Positions 46,138 to 55,110 of a stretch of DNA of 64,000 nucleotides are shown in pieces; position 1 is the first letter of the stretch; the number at the start of each line of letters is the position of its first letter. The translations under genes and the position numbers were made by a program. The notes under the pieces are model-generated. The model saw nothing but the letters and a program-made list of their open reading frames with translations, had not been told where the DNA came from and ran no database searches. This DNA comes from a virus (lineage: Duplodnaviria > Caudoviricetes): positions 57,539-121,538 of the IMG/VR virus record IMGVR_UViG_3300049324_000034. One strand, written 5' to 3'.

Positions 46138-46380
46138 TTGCCCGTTATGTGCCGAGACGTGCGACTTCAGGTGCTGCCTTGCCCAGGGTGCGGCAAGGTT
46201 GGGACTCTCGCCGCGTGCCCGAAGATGATCACTTCGCTGGCTGACCCACCCCTGCTGGTGGATGGGCGGCAGGTGTTAGCACGGGAGGTTGACGCGCTGG
46301 TGTGCACGGCGGCACCGTGTCGCTACTACTGGTTGTCGGGCGTGGTCAGCGAGATCCCCGTGACGTCGCGGCGCGCCTGA
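46138..46380 (+). CDS. Zn-ribbon protein
   Basis: CPGCG...CTAAPC. Confidence 0.55.
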   Translation: MPVMCRDVRLQVLPCPGCGKVGTLAACPKMITSLADPPLLVDGRQVLAREVDALVCTAAPCRYYWLSGVVSEIPVTSRRA

Positions 46381-46402
46381 TTGACGCGGTAGCCGGTTTG
46401 GG

Positions 46403-46426
46403 TGGTAGGGTAGGGATCTGTTCCGG
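46403..46426 (+). promoter_or_regulatory. extended -10 promoter plus GTTCCGG
   Basis: TGG TAGGGT-N8-GTTCCGG; TTGACG at 46381. Confidence 0.75.
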
Positions 46427-46454
46427 TCCTGTTCCCGAGTGAAACGAGCACCCC

Positions 46455-46880
46455 ATGACCCGCATCCAGGTAGGCGACGTCCTCCAAGAGTCCAACGGCG
46501 ACGAACTGCACGTCTACGTCCACCAGTACGCCGACGAAGAGCACGACGAGGTCGAGATCAAGGGCGAAGCTGCCATGATCAGCTTCGATCCCAGCACCCC
46601 CCAGGGGCGCACCCAGGTCAACGCCCTCATCGCGCGCCTACAGGAAGCCCTCGCCCTCCACGGGCAGTCTTGCGAAAAACTCTACGGTCAGCTCAAGGTT
46701 GGTGACTGGTGCGTCGGCATCCGCCTACCCGTCGGAAACGACGAACGCTGCACCAGCGAACTACCCCACCCCGAACACGGCTCCGTCCAGTGCTCACGCA
46801 CCGCCCACGACGACCCCCACCACGTCACCGTCGACGAGCACTACGACGTCATCGCCGCCGTGCACCCCGCTGATGCCTAG
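46455..46880 (+). CDS. hypothetical protein
   Basis: His/Cys-rich C-terminus. Confidence 0.7.
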   Translation: MTRIQVGDVLQESNGDELHVYVHQYADEEHDEVEIKGEAAMISFDPSTPQGRTQVNALIARLQEALALHGQSCEKLYGQLKVGDWCVGIRLPVGNDERCTSELPHPEHGSVQCSRTAHDDPHHVTVDEHYDVIAAVHPADA

Positions 46881-47202
46881 AGGGGGACCGGGCAGCGCCG
46901 CACCCCGCAAGCTGCCCAGCGGGTGGCCTCGCACCGACCCGTTCCTCGTCTGGTCCTATATCGAAGGCGCGTGGTGGCGCGTCGACTGCGCGCTCAGCCT
47001 CGACGCTGCCCGTGACGCCGCCGACACGCGCCAGATCAACGTCACGGCCGGAACCAACGGCAACGCACACAACGGCACCCGCCCGATTAAGCCCCGCGCG
47101 GGTGCCCAGTTCGTCGCCACCGCCCGCGACGGTGACCCACAATCTCAGTGGGAAGCCACCCACTGGTATCTGGCGCTGGTCGCGGCGGAGGTCCGACTGT
47201 GA
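46873..47202 (+). CDS. hypothetical protein
   Basis: ORF chain. Confidence 0.6.
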   Translation: MPRGGPGSAAPRKLPSGWPRTDPFLVWSYIEGAWWRVDCALSLDAARDAADTRQINVTAGTNGNAHNGTRPIKPRAGAQFVATARDGDPQSQWEATHWYLALVAAEVRL

Positions 47203-47303
47203 CCCCCGCCGATCCGGACTTCTGGATCCTGCTGGGTGCGATCTGCGCCCCCTGGGCATTGATTGCCCTGTTTTTCGCCATCGCTGGACTGTTCCGCCGC
47301 TGA
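47199..47303 (+). CDS. 34-aa TM peptide
   Basis: GGAGG RBS; GTGA overlap. Confidence 0.6.
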   Translation: MTPADPDFWILLGAICAPWALIALFFAIAGLFRR

Positions 47304-47337
47304 CCCGTTCCGGTCCGCTCAACTGAGGGAGAACGCT

Positions 47338-47760
47338 ATGACCGCTGCACGCGTAGTAGACGAAGATCGAGAGAAGAATCCCGACTGGGTGATTTGCGCC
47401 CGGATCATGTGGGGGCAGGACCCACTGTGCGAACCGAGCGAAGCCGAGATCCGCGCTGCGGTGTGGATCCTGCTCGACAGGGGACGCAACATCGTTCAGA
47501 TCAAGCGCGACACGGTGCTGACCGACCAGCAGGTTGATCGCACCGTGGAGCTGCGTCGCCTGGCCCGCCAGCCCGACACCGGCCCCCGCCCGTGCGGGGG
47601 AATGACCCCCAAGCTGGCCCGCAAGCTCGCCCCCAGTCCCCAGTTGCGCTGGGTGCTGACCGGGGTCGGCAAGGTCGGCGGTAGCAGCCTGGCCCCCTAC
47701 CTGGCCGAGCCGGCGGCCGTGATGCTGCTGGCCGGGGCACTGCTGGCACCGGTCGGCTGA
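47338..47760 (+). CDS. hypothetical protein
   Basis: GAGGGAG RBS; GTTCCGG at 47307. Confidence 0.7.
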   Translation: MTAARVVDEDREKNPDWVICARIMWGQDPLCEPSEAEIRAAVWILLDRGRNIVQIKRDTVLTDQQVDRTVELRRLARQPDTGPRPCGGMTPKLARKLAPSPQLRWVLTGVGKVGGSSLAPYLAEPAAVMLLAGALLAPVG

Positions 47761-47763
47761 GCT

Positions 47764-48252
47764 GTGACGACGTTGACGCGGTCGCGGCTCGTCCTGGCGG
47801 CAGCGGTGGGCGTGGTGTCCGTGGTGGCGTCCTGCGCCGGGTGGGAGATCCAGGTCGCCGCGACCGCGTTGGCCGTGACCGCCGCGACGGTGATCACGTG
47901 GCGTTGGGACACCTCGTGGGTACCGGACCGGGCCTATCAGCAGTGGAAGCGCGACACCCAGGCGGCCATTGATGCCCTGGACGAGGCGCAGCAGGACTAC
48001 CTACGGTTGCCCGTGTGTGAACGGCAGCGCCCGGAGAACCGCGAGCTGTGGCTGCGCACGCAGGATCTGAAGACGGTGCTGAACGCGCGGTTTGAGCACC
48101 GCACTCTGGACATGCCGATCCTGGAGCCGATCAAGATGTGCTCAGCGTGCGGCTACTTCGGGGCCCTGTTCGCCGAGCTGGCACCGGGGGGATTGCGGTG
48201 GGTGCGGACGTGCCCAGGGTGCGGCACGCGATGGATGGAGCCCAACGGATGA
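47764..48252 (+). CDS. membrane protein with C-terminal Zn ribbon
   Basis: Two TM segments; CSACG...CPGCG. Confidence 0.7.
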   Translation: MTTLTRSRLVLAAAVGVVSVVASCAGWEIQVAATALAVTAATVITWRWDTSWVPDRAYQQWKRDTQAAIDALDEAQQDYLRLPVCERQRPENRELWLRTQDLKTVLNARFEHRTLDMPILEPIKMCSACGYFGALFAELAPGGLRWVRTCPGCGTRWMEPNG

Positions 48253-48494
48253 CAGGTCCCGAGCTGGCCCGGCTGTTGCGGCTCGTCGCTGACGGCCGCG
48301 AGGAGTACGCCACGTCGATTCCCGAAGAGGTGGCGAACTCGTCGCTGCGTGAGCAGCGCGACACCCTGTTGACAGAGGCTGCCGCGTTCCGGTCGGCCGC
48401 ATTGTTGGCTGAAGGAGATATGTCGGGGGTGTGGCGGTTGCTGCCCACCTGGCGGATGACCACTGAGGTGCGCGCTCTGATGGAGCGCGCGTGA
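48249..48494 (+). CDS. hypothetical protein
   Basis: ATGA overlap. Confidence 0.65.
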   Translation: MTGPELARLLRLVADGREEYATSIPEEVANSSLREQRDTLLTEAAAFRSAALLAEGDMSGVWRLLPTWRMTTEVRALMERA

Positions 48495-48748
48495 GCGCCC
48501 CGTGGCGGGCGGTGACGCTGTCGTCTGGCCCGTATTCGGGCCGGGGTGGCATGTTGGGGCCGGAGACCGCGCGGCGGTCGCGGCGCTGGACTCTGGTGCT
48601 GGAGTGCGGGCATGAGGTGAACCGCACGGTGCGCTACGGGCCGCATTCCGACGGCGATGAGCGGTCGAGGGGTGGTACTCAGTTCCGTTCGGGGGCTGAT
48701 GTGTTGCCGGCGCCGCGTCGAGTTCGATGCGAGCATTGCGACTTGTAA
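48491..48748 (+). CDS. Zn-binding hypothetical protein
   Basis: LECGH...CEHC. Confidence 0.65.
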   Translation: MSAPWRAVTLSSGPYSGRGGMLGPETARRSRRWTLVLECGHEVNRTVRYGPHSDGDERSRGGTQFRSGADVLPAPRRVRCEHCDL

Positions 48749-48777
48749 CAAACCTGGTAGGCTGGGCGATGTTCCGG
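48745..48777 (+). promoter_or_regulatory. overlapping SigD-like and extended -10 promoters plus GTTCCGG
   Basis: GTAAC-N17-CGATGT overlapping TGG TAGGCT-N7-GTTCCGG. Confidence 0.75.
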
Positions 48778-48810
48778 TTACAACGTCCGCACAACGCCAG
48801 GGAGCACCCC

Positions 48811-49323
48811 GTGACCACCGCAACCGCCGCCCGCAACAGCGCCAGCAAGCCCCAGGTCGCCGACATCCAGCGACTCCTGGGCCAGCTCGACGCGCGCAGC
48901 GTGGACACCACCGGCTACCGCACCGGGTACAACCAGCTCTGGACCGACGGACAGTTCACCGAACAGTTCGCTTCGATCGTGCTCCGCGACCTACTGCGCC
49001 AGCTCGAAGCCATCGACGCCCGCAAGTCCGAAGTCCCCACCGGCCGCTACGCGGTCGCGACCGACGCCGGGCACTACGCCTTCTACCGCGTGTGGAAAGG
49101 CGACCGCGCGACCCTGGTGTTCCTCCAGCTCTCCGACGACGAACAGCGCCTGAACCGTTCGGCCGCCGCCGCCATCCTGGCCAAGATCGCAGCTGCGGGT
49201 GTCCTGGAGGCCAGCAAGACCTACGGCCGCGAGATCGGGGTGTGCGGGGTGTGCAACCGCACCCTGACCAACCCGGAGTCGATCGCAAACGGAATCGGCC
49301 CGATCTGCGCGGCTCGCCTCTAA
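48811..49323 (+). CDS. DUF6011 domain protein
   Basis: YGREIGVCGVCNRTLTNPESIANGIGPIC. Confidence 0.8.
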   Translation: MTTATAARNSASKPQVADIQRLLGQLDARSVDTTGYRTGYNQLWTDGQFTEQFASIVLRDLLRQLEAIDARKSEVPTGRYAVATDAGHYAFYRVWKGDRATLVFLQLSDDEQRLNRSAAAAILAKIAAAGVLEASKTYGREIGVCGVCNRTLTNPESIANGIGPICAARL

Positions 49324-49553
49324 CCCGAGAGGGGGTGAGCAGTGAGCAACCCCGAAGGCTGGGATTCCGTCAAGGGCGGCGTGGACTGGCCGCCCAACTA
49401 GAGCCCTGTCCGATGCGACCCGGTGCCCGGAAGGGACGCCGCGTAGCCCGCCTAAGAAGCGGGCAGAAGGGAGGCAACCAGGACACACGCCGTCAGAGTC
49501 CCCCGCCGGGGTGAGAGCCGGCGGGGGCACCCTACCCGCAACCAGGAGGACCA

Positions 49554-49736
49554 ATGTTTGGACGCAATTCCCAGCCCGAGCTGACCGAGCGGCATCTCGC
49601 CGCTGTCGCCACCGACCGGCGCGCCAGTGCTCTGGCGAAAGACCCCAGCGACATCCCCGGCATGACCCAAGCCGAACTCAACGACGTCATCAACACCGGC
49701 ACGATCCCCGCCGCGCTACTGCGCGAAATCCTGTAG
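49554..49736 (+). CDS. hypothetical protein
   Basis: AGGAGG RBS. Confidence 0.7.
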   Translation: MFGRNSQPELTERHLAAVATDRRASALAKDPSDIPGMTQAELNDVINTGTIPAALLREIL

Positions 49737-49778
49737 CACCTTGCCGACGTTCCGGCCCCGCCCGAAAGAGAGACCGAT

Positions 49779-49919
49779 ATGCCATCACACGCACAGTGGG
49801 GCGCCGCGTGGCGCGCCTCCGCCGCCAATGAGCGCGCCGACGGAAACGAGGAGGGCGCCGACTACGGCGATTACCTCGCCGACCAGAACGACAATGCCGA
49901 CGCTGCCGGGCGCCCGTAG
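49779..49919 (+). CDS. small acidic protein (46 aa)
   Basis: GAAAGAGAG RBS; GTTCCGG at 49749. Confidence 0.6.
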   Translation: MPSHAQWGAAWRASAANERADGNEEGADYGDYLADQNDNADAAGRP

Positions 49920-50004
49920 TACCTCCCAGATTGACCCCCTGTCGGTTACGCCCGGCAGGGGCACCCACAACCACCGTTCCGGCCCGACCGAAAGAGACAA
50001 GACC

Positions 50005-50697
50005 ATGGCAACTGCCCAGCCCAAAGCCAACCGCCGCTACGTCGACCGCACCGTGATCGAACTGAAAACTGGTGACGTGTTCACCCTCGACGGAGGCGCC
50101 ACCTACCACGAGTGCGCCGTCAACCTGTGCGCCACCGGCACCATCGCTGTCGCCCACGACTCCGGCCAAACCGTCCGCATCGACGTCGAAGGTACCGACC
50201 AGCCCTGCACCGTCCAGGTCGACTACGTCCGGGTGCGTATCGTGCTGCCCCTCGACGTCGACGTGGCCGCATGGAATGAGATTTACGGCAGTGAGGGCGC
50301 CACTGTGGCCGAGGTGCGGGCGGACGTCAAGAACTACTTCGACCCCGCCAGCCTCATCCCGAACCACCTGGCTGACATCGTCAAAGTGGCCGCCGCCGAT
50401 CCCTTCGGTCCCCCCGAGACTCGGATCGAGTACTTCCGCGTCGCCTCTGAGGACTGGTGGGAGTGCCCGTGTGGCAATTCTCCTGACGGCACCGGTTTGG
50501 TGATCGCCATGCCCGACGGCACGCCATCGGACTCCGACCCCACCTACGCCTCACATCAGACCCTGGTGTGCCTGGAGTGCGGTCGCTACGCCATCCCCGT
50601 CTACCACACGGTCGACGGCGTGCGCGTGACCACCGTCAGGGGCCGCCGTGATGTGGGTGAGGTGCAGGCAGCGGCCCGCCGGGAGGGTCTGGTCTGA
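50005..50697 (+). CDS. hypothetical protein with C-terminal Zn ribbon
   Basis: CPCGN...CLECGR; GTTCCGG at 49976. Confidence 0.7.
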   Translation: MATAQPKANRRYVDRTVIELKTGDVFTLDGGATYHECAVNLCATGTIAVAHDSGQTVRIDVEGTDQPCTVQVDYVRVRIVLPLDVDVAAWNEIYGSEGATVAEVRADVKNYFDPASLIPNHLADIVKVAAADPFGPPETRIEYFRVASEDWWECPCGNSPDGTGLVIAMPDGTPSDSDPTYASHQTLVCLECGRYAIPVYHTVDGVRVTTVRGRRDVGEVQAAARREGLV

Positions 50698-50710
50698 CAC
50701 CGAAGCAATG

Positions 50711-50733
50711 TGGTAACGTCTGGGGTGTTCCGG
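50711..50733 (+). promoter_or_regulatory. extended -10 promoter plus GTTCCGG
   Basis: TGG TAACGT-N7-GTTCCGG. Confidence 0.75.
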
Positions 50734-50782
50734 TCGATAGACCGAGTGTCAAGCTCACCGCCCCGAAGGGAAACCGCCCGAA

Positions 50783-51061
50783 ATGATCACCCGCGTTCGC
50801 AACCTGACCCGCATGAACACCATCGCCCTCGACAACGTCATGATCTGCACCCAGGTCGGCACCACGTTCGCCGAGTTCGAGGGCTCCCCCGTCCAAGCAC
50901 TCGCCAAGGTCACCACCGCCATGTCCAAGCGCGGCGCGGACTCCACCTACCACTCCCTGCTCGCTGTGCGCCGCAAGCTCGTTGACGCCGCAAACAACTG
51001 GGACGGCAACCTCGACGGCCAGACACTCGCCATGACACGGCACGTCACGGTCACTCGATGA
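50783..51061 (+). CDS. hypothetical protein
   Basis: GAAGGGA RBS. Confidence 0.7.
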   Translation: MITRVRNLTRMNTIALDNVMICTQVGTTFAEFEGSPVQALAKVTTAMSKRGADSTYHSLLAVRRKLVDAANNWDGNLDGQTLAMTRHVTVTR

Positions 51062-51288
51062 ACGCCCCGATCCGGGCTCGCTCGCTGGTCTTTGGCCCCC
51101 GTCGGCCCAACGGTGAACACGGCACCTTCGGCCACCGCGTCACCGCGTTCTCCGCACCTACCGTTCAGTTCCTGATCTCGATGTACGGCTCAGAGACGGC
51201 AACCGCACCCAATTGCAAGCTCCGCGCCCAGAACATCTGCCTCGCCGCCTACTGGCGGGCCGTGGCAGACGAACAAAGCCGCACCTGA
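51058..51288 (+). CDS. hypothetical protein
   Basis: ATGA overlap. Confidence 0.6.
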   Translation: MNAPIRARSLVFGPRRPNGEHGTFGHRVTAFSAPTVQFLISMYGSETATAPNCKLRAQNICLAAYWRAVADEQSRT

Positions 51289-51294
51289 CCCACC

Positions 51295-51338
51295 GCGCGC
51301 CCCAGGTTTGACCAATCCCGGCCAACCCTGGGGCGCGC
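51295..51338 (+). terminator. GC-rich hairpin
   Basis: GCGCGCCCCAGG...CCTGGGGCGCGC directly after stop. Confidence 0.6.
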
Positions 51339-51342
51339 TGCT

Positions 51343-51384
51343 GTAACAAACCAACCCCGCGCAGCGACATATGAAGTGTTCCGG
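51343..51384 (+). promoter_or_regulatory. SigD-like ECF promoter plus GTTCCGG
   Basis: GTAAC-N17-CGACAT-N7-GTTCCGG. Confidence 0.7.
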
Positions 51385-51420
51385 CATTAACCCCGCACCA
51401 TTCCCCGAAGGAATCCCCCG

Positions 51421-52086
51421 ATGACCGCCGCGCTCGCCACCCCTGACGACACCGAATCCGTCTCTACCCTGCTCGTGGGATTCGCCATCAACGCCGTCAT
51501 CGCGGGCGCGAAACTCACCCTCGGTGTCCTCACCGGGTCCGCGTCGATGCTCGCCGAAGCCGCCCACTCCGCCGTCGACATGCTGTCGGAGGTCTTCCTG
51601 CTCACCGGGGCGCGGCACTCCCGCACCTGGTCCAAGGGCTCCTACTTCTGGGGCCTGCTCGCGTGCGTGAACCTGTTCCTGTCCGGCGCCGTCTGGGCCG
51701 CTTATGAGGGCATCCGGTCACTGGTCGGCACCGAGGTCGCCGACTCCCTGGGCTGGGTCAGCCTCGCCGTGCTCGCCGGGTCGGCCGCCATGGAGTCAGT
51801 GTCGTGGCGCACCGCGTACCGCACCCTGAACGCCCAACGGGGCGACACCCCGTGGCGGATCTACCTGCGGACCTGCCCGAACGTCGCGGTCCTGACCCTG
51901 TTCTTTGAGGACACTGCCGACATCATCGGCTGCTTCCTGGCCGGGACCGGTGTCGCCCTGGGCCTGCTAGTCACCGGGACGGCACTGTGGGACGGCGTCG
52001 CATCCCTGCTGATCTCCGCACTGCTCACCGGCATGGCCTACGTGCTCGGCAGCCGCAACGCCAAACTGCTCACCGCCACAGCCTGA
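51421..52086 (+). CDS. cation diffusion facilitator (CDF) transporter lacking the C-terminal domain
   Basis: TGSASMLAEAAHSAVD, FFEDTAD, WDGVASLLI; six TM segments. Confidence 0.85.
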   Translation: MTAALATPDDTESVSTLLVGFAINAVIAGAKLTLGVLTGSASMLAEAAHSAVDMLSEVFLLTGARHSRTWSKGSYFWGLLACVNLFLSGAVWAAYEGIRSLVGTEVADSLGWVSLAVLAGSAAMESVSWRTAYRTLNAQRGDTPWRIYLRTCPNVAVLTLFFEDTADIIGCFLAGTGVALGLLVTGTALWDGVASLLISALLTGMAYVLGSRNAKLLTATA

Positions 52087-52114
52087 ACGTTGCCTGGGAG
52101 TCGGCTGTCAGGAG

Positions 52115-52142
52115 GTAACGAATCCCCCTCTCGTGTCGATGT
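52115..52142 (+). promoter_or_regulatory. SigD-like ECF promoter
   Basis: GTAAC-N17-CGATGT. Confidence 0.65.
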
Positions 52143-52181
52143 AACTAGTGCACACTCATCAATCGACGCGAGGGAGTCGCG

Positions 52182-52340
52182 ATGCAGATTTCGAGCATCT
52201 TTACGTCAGGCATGGGCCTGACCGACCGCGATGGCGATGACCAGCGCAACCGTGAGCGGCGTGGCGAAGAGGAGCGGCGCCGTCGGGGCGGACGCTGGGA
52301 TCTCGACCGCAACCGTCACTGGTACTGGCACCGCTGGTAG
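52182..52340 (+). CDS. 52-aa Arg/Trp-rich peptide
   Basis: AGGGAG RBS; MQISSIFTSGMG...RRRRGGRWDLDRNRHWYWHRW. Confidence 0.65.
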   Translation: MQISSIFTSGMGLTDRDGDDQRNRERRGEEERRRRGGRWDLDRNRHWYWHRW

Positions 52341-52361
52341 GCCATCAACCTACCGCGCCTC

Positions 52362-52400
52362 ACCGACCCCATCCGAGATCGTTTCGGGTGGGGTCGGTTT
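52362..52400 (+). terminator. intrinsic terminator
   Basis: ACCGACCCCATCCGAGA-tcgt-TTCGGGTGGGGTCGGT followed by TT. Confidence 0.7.
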
Positions 52401-52460
52401 CGTCTGCGGGCACGCTAGCGGGCGGTTTGGGGCGTCGGCTTGTGCACCGCACGGCACACC

Positions 52461-52483
52461 TGGTAGGGTCGGTCTTGTTCCGG
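52461..52483 (+). promoter_or_regulatory. extended -10 promoter plus GTTCCGG
   Basis: TGG TAGGGT-N7-GTTCCGG. Confidence 0.8.
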
Positions 52484-52515
52484 TAACCCGATCCGATTCT
52501 AGGAGTACATCCGCC

Positions 52516-52695
52516 ATGTCCGCGCCAGTCCGCACCGTCTTCGCCCAGTCCCTGCCCACCCGCCTGCACAAGCGCTACGTCGAACCCGACGCCCGCCGTC
52601 GCGCCAGCGACCACAGTGCCCACGGCCAGATCCGAGGCCGGGGCGCTTGCAAGAACGCCGCCGTCGTCGCCTCGCTCGCCGAGTGGGGGTTCTGA
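52516..52695 (+). CDS. small hypothetical protein
   Basis: AGGAG RBS. Confidence 0.65.
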   Translation: MSAPVRTVFAQSLPTRLHKRYVEPDARRRASDHSAHGQIRGRGACKNAAVVASLAEWGF

Positions 52696-52698
52696 GCC

Positions 52699-52920
52699 AT
52701 GAGCAAGTCACTGCGCGAGCGGTGGAACACTCCCCTTCCTCCGCTCGGCAGCATCGCGCTCACCGCGATCGTTGTCGCGGAGTCGGCGATCCTCGTGGTG
52801 CTCTCCGTCGCCACCCATCACATCTTCATCGCGATGGTGGTGTCGGTCGCGTTCCTCATCTCACTGAACGGTCTCCGCAGGGCCGTCCGCCGCTACCGCA
52901 GTGGACGGGGGCGGTCGTGA
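52699..52920 (+). CDS. membrane protein
   Basis: Two TM segments. Confidence 0.65.
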   Translation: MSKSLRERWNTPLPPLGSIALTAIVVAESAILVVLSVATHHIFIAMVVSVAFLISLNGLRRAVRRYRSGRGRS

Positions 52921-53081
52921 TGTTCGGCAGCCGCCAGTCACCCGACGCCGCATCCGCCGACACCCTGCGCGGTCACGCGGCGGAAGTCGCCCAAGACCCG
53001 CGCATGTCCGAAGACCTCCGGCGCATCGTGAACAACGTCGGCCAACAGGCCGACTATGAGGCCGGGGAGTACCGGTCATGA
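52917..53081 (+). CDS. small hypothetical protein
   Basis: Overlap chain. Confidence 0.6.
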   Translation: MMFGSRQSPDAASADTLRGHAAEVAQDPRMSEDLRRIVNNVGQQADYEAGEYRS

Positions 53082-53236
53082 GCAACCAGCCCGAAATGGC
53101 CCCCGAGACCGAAGTGCGCGCACTGAGCACCCTCTGGAAAGTCCAGGTCAACGCGGGCAACGACGAGCGCGCGCAGGCGACCCTCGACCGAGTCCACCGC
53201 CTCCAGTGGGAGATCGGTCGGGCGGAGCGGACATGA
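53078..53236 (+). CDS. small hypothetical protein
   Basis: ATGA overlaps at both ends. Confidence 0.6.
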   Translation: MSNQPEMAPETEVRALSTLWKVQVNAGNDERAQATLDRVHRLQWEIGRAERT

Positions 53237-53517
53237 GCACCACCCTGCGCACCGACGACGCCCTATGGCTGGTGCAACCCGGCCAGATGTACTTCGACAG
53301 TCACGCCGCTGACGGGATCCTGCGCCTCTACGTCGACGGCTACCGGGGCCGCGTACTGGTCTCTCGCGACACCTTCGCCTGGCTGATCCGCACCGAAGAC
53401 GGGGACGGCCAGGTCGGCTACACCACCCTGGCCGGTCGCTTCGACGTCATCGTCTCGGTTGCCGAAACGATGCTCGCCGGGCTCGCCCGCAAAGCCGGCG
53501 TCGAGGCCATCCGGTGA
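53233..53517 (+). CDS. hypothetical protein
   Basis: ATGA overlap. Confidence 0.65.
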   Translation: MSTTLRTDDALWLVQPGQMYFDSHAADGILRLYVDGYRGRVLVSRDTFAWLIRTEDGDGQVGYTTLAGRFDVIVSVAETMLAGLARKAGVEAIR

Positions 53518-53654
53518 ACTGGCTCGTCGTGGCCCTGCTCGCGCTGGCCATGACCGTCGTCTTCCTCGCCCTCCTGTGGGGGGCGTGGGTGGTGACCCTG
53601 CTGATCGCTGTCATCGCATGCCGACTACTCGCAAGAATGGAACAGATCCAATGA
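53514..53654 (+). CDS. small membrane protein
   Basis: GTGA and ATGA overlaps; hydrophobic. Confidence 0.55.
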   Translation: MNWLVVALLALAMTVVFLALLWGAWVVTLLIAVIACRLLARMEQIQ

Positions 53655-54184
53655 GCCGCCTGAAGGTCTACACCTACCGCAACTCCAGTGACACATTCCT
53701 GCCGGCGGACGTCATCGCCGCCCTGGACGAACACAGCCACATCCGCCAGGGCCGCATGTTCATCTGGGCGGCCAGCGCAGTGGAGGCAGTCGGAAGACTG
53801 GCCGCCTTGAGCCTTAGCTACCGCTCGGCACGGGTGCTGCAACTCGCCGCCGGCCCCACCGTTGATGGTCTCGCCGCTGCCTGTGACTGGCCGGCAGGCA
53901 CCGTGCTCGCCATGCGCCTGTCCGGGCGCAGTCCCGTCATCGAGATCACCGATCCGTCTTCCGACGACGTCCTCGCTCTGAGTCGCCGGGCGCTGCGTCG
54001 CGTCGGGGTTTTCTCCTACGACGGACACCTCATGCCCTTGCCCGAGCACGGTGAAGGCGAAATCGAAGTCACCGATTCCATGGTCAACGCTGCGCTGAAC
54101 TCCTACCCGTCGCTCATTCCCGACTTCGAGCAGATGCGCGACGCCATCACCGCCGCGCTGCGTGCCAGGAAGGCCACGTCATGA
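53651..54184 (+). CDS. hypothetical protein
   Basis: ATGA overlap. Confidence 0.7.
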   Translation: MSRLKVYTYRNSSDTFLPADVIAALDEHSHIRQGRMFIWAASAVEAVGRLAALSLSYRSARVLQLAAGPTVDGLAAACDWPAGTVLAMRLSGRSPVIEITDPSSDDVLALSRRALRRVGVFSYDGHLMPLPEHGEGEIEVTDSMVNAALNSYPSLIPDFEQMRDAITAALRARKATS

Positions 54185-55107
54185 AAAACGATCCCCGTGA
54201 TGAACTGCGCCTGGGTATGGGCCTGGAGATCCGCGACCAGCTCATGGATCACCCCGAGATCACCGGGGAGAAGATCCGCGACATCGTGGACGCCATTATC
54301 AAAGGCTGGTCAGTGACCCGCAAGGATTACCCCAACATTGATCAGCACCCCCTGGAGGACGACAGCCACGGCCACCGGCTCGTTCTTACTGGCCCGTTCG
54401 TACCCGAAACCGATGAGGAGCGCATCGAGCGGGAACTGTGGTACGAGGCGTATTCCTGGAGTGCCGACGACGGTCCCCCGCCTGTGCGGGTCGGTGTTCG
54501 GCAGCTTCTACGGCAGGACACCTGGTGGCGCATGAACGCCACTCCCGAGCGCCAGGAGGGTGACAACCGCACGGTGGCCATCCGTGTTGAGGACATGACC
54601 CACGATCACCGGCTGGCCCTGCTCGCCTGGTTGCGCAGCAAAGCCCGCAACCTGCACGCCAGCGTCTTCACTGAGCTAAGGGGGGCGCCTGACGACGTGT
54701 GGTCCTCTCACGAGCGGCAGAGTCCGCGTGAGTGGCTGGAGGAGCAGGAGCTAATCCAGGCTCTCGTGCACTGGACGACGCCGGTAGCGGAGTCCCCGCT
54801 GACGTGGCGGCCGATGAACGAGGCACCGTCCGGTGCGCAAGCGGTGATCGTGGTCCGCTACCAGGGTCCCGACGGGGAGCTGACCGCCCAGGTGACCCCG
54901 TCACTGCCCTACGGGTGGGTGACCTTCCCCGACTACGACCCACTGATGGTCTCCGACGGTCTCGGTGGATTCGACTACGCCGATCCCACTGGGTGGCGTG
55001 AGCTGCGCGACGACGAACTACCCAAGCCGGTCGAACCCTTCGACACGAACTGTGATCACGGGTACGCCGACGACGAGCACTGCCCGCAGTGCTGCGGGGA
55101 CTGCTGA
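54181..55107 (+). CDS. hypothetical protein
   Basis: 308 aa; high GC3. Confidence 0.75.
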   Translation: MKNDPRDELRLGMGLEIRDQLMDHPEITGEKIRDIVDAIIKGWSVTRKDYPNIDQHPLEDDSHGHRLVLTGPFVPETDEERIERELWYEAYSWSADDGPPPVRVGVRQLLRQDTWWRMNATPERQEGDNRTVAIRVEDMTHDHRLALLAWLRSKARNLHASVFTELRGAPDDVWSSHERQSPREWLEEQELIQALVHWTTPVAESPLTWRPMNEAPSGAQAVIVVRYQGPDGELTAQVTPSLPYGWVTFPDYDPLMVSDGLGGFDYADPTGWRELRDDELPKPVEPFDTNCDHGYADDEHCPQCCGDC

Positions 55108-55110
55108 ACC

